NCBI RefSeq assembly: GCF_051201565.1
Contig: NZ_CP179200.1
Span: 840,001-872,000, forward strand
Reading direction: 5' to 3'
DNA from: Pseudothioglobus sp. nBUS_23
GTDB taxonomy: Bacteria; Pseudomonadota; Gammaproteobacteria; PS1; Pseudothioglobaceae
Length of the DNA: 32,000 bases
The translations under genes were made by a program, and so were the position numbers. Position 1 is the first letter of the stretch, and every line of letters begins with the position of its first letter. This document shows positions 31,797 to 32,000 of the stretch, piece after piece. The notes beneath the pieces were generated by a model, which was given only the letters and a program-made list of their open reading frames with translations, was not told the origin of the DNA and made no database searches.

Positions 31797-31999
31797 AATT
31801 TTTTATTATATAAGTACCAAGACATAGCAAAAATACCAAGATTCTGAGCAATGTACTTTAATAATTCTATGAGGCTTTCGTCCAAGATAGGAGTAGTTGT
31901 TATTGTCAGAACTATAGCCAATAATGAAACCAAAACTGCAGTAATAACTACTCTTTTTTCATAATTAGGTGCAATATAAAAAGCTAGATAGATTGTTGC
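31793..31999 (-). CDS. membrane protein, C-terminal part (5' end lies outside the window)
   Basis: By hand translation the minus frame is open from the last base: ...SNNLSSFYIAPNYEKRVVITAVLVSLLAIVLTITTTPILDESLIELLKYIAQNLGIFAMSWYLYNKKL, stop TGA at 31795-31793. The stop overlaps the next ATG (ATGA). Confidence 0.45.
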   Translation of the reverse strand, partial: ATIYLAFYIAPNYEKRVVITAVLVSLLAIVLTITTTPILDESLIELLKYIAQNLGIFAMSWYLYNKKL

Positions 32000-32000
32000 T

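Overview
AT-rich bacterial chromosome segment, 31,999 bases as printed. It starts with the 3' end of metG and a tRNA-Ser(GGA) gene. A P4-type tyrosine integrase sits directly after the tRNA, marking an integrative genomic island. The island carries, in order: a C5 cytosine methyltransferase with a large multidomain partner; a MORN-variant (YwqK-like) gene; a GIY-YIG homing-endonuclease-like gene; an AlpA-type regulator; an operator/iteron array between divergent promoters; and three unrelated small ORFs that share an identical 58-nt leader. The main item is a five-gene, translationally coupled minus-strand operon (11503..21352). Its genes are a NERD nuclease fused to an SF1 ATPase, a DrmA-like SF2 helicase, a DrmB-like DUF1998 zinc-finger protein, a UvrD-like SF1 ATPase, and a 531-aa protein with no recognisable motif. 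This looks like a DISARM-type core without the adjacent methyltransferase or PLD nuclease of described DISARM, so I flag it as a candidate undescribed defence system. Divergent from it is a 1036-aa membrane protein with an 8x Cys-rich ectodomain, a perfect 4x 81-bp tandem repeat and possible cytoplasmic DNA-reader-like regions. The last 7.4 kb is packed with small membrane and secreted proteins in several paralogous families. I saw no rRNA, CRISPR array, transposase or attR copy of the tRNA 3' end. All domain calls come from reading motifs by eye; no database search was run.
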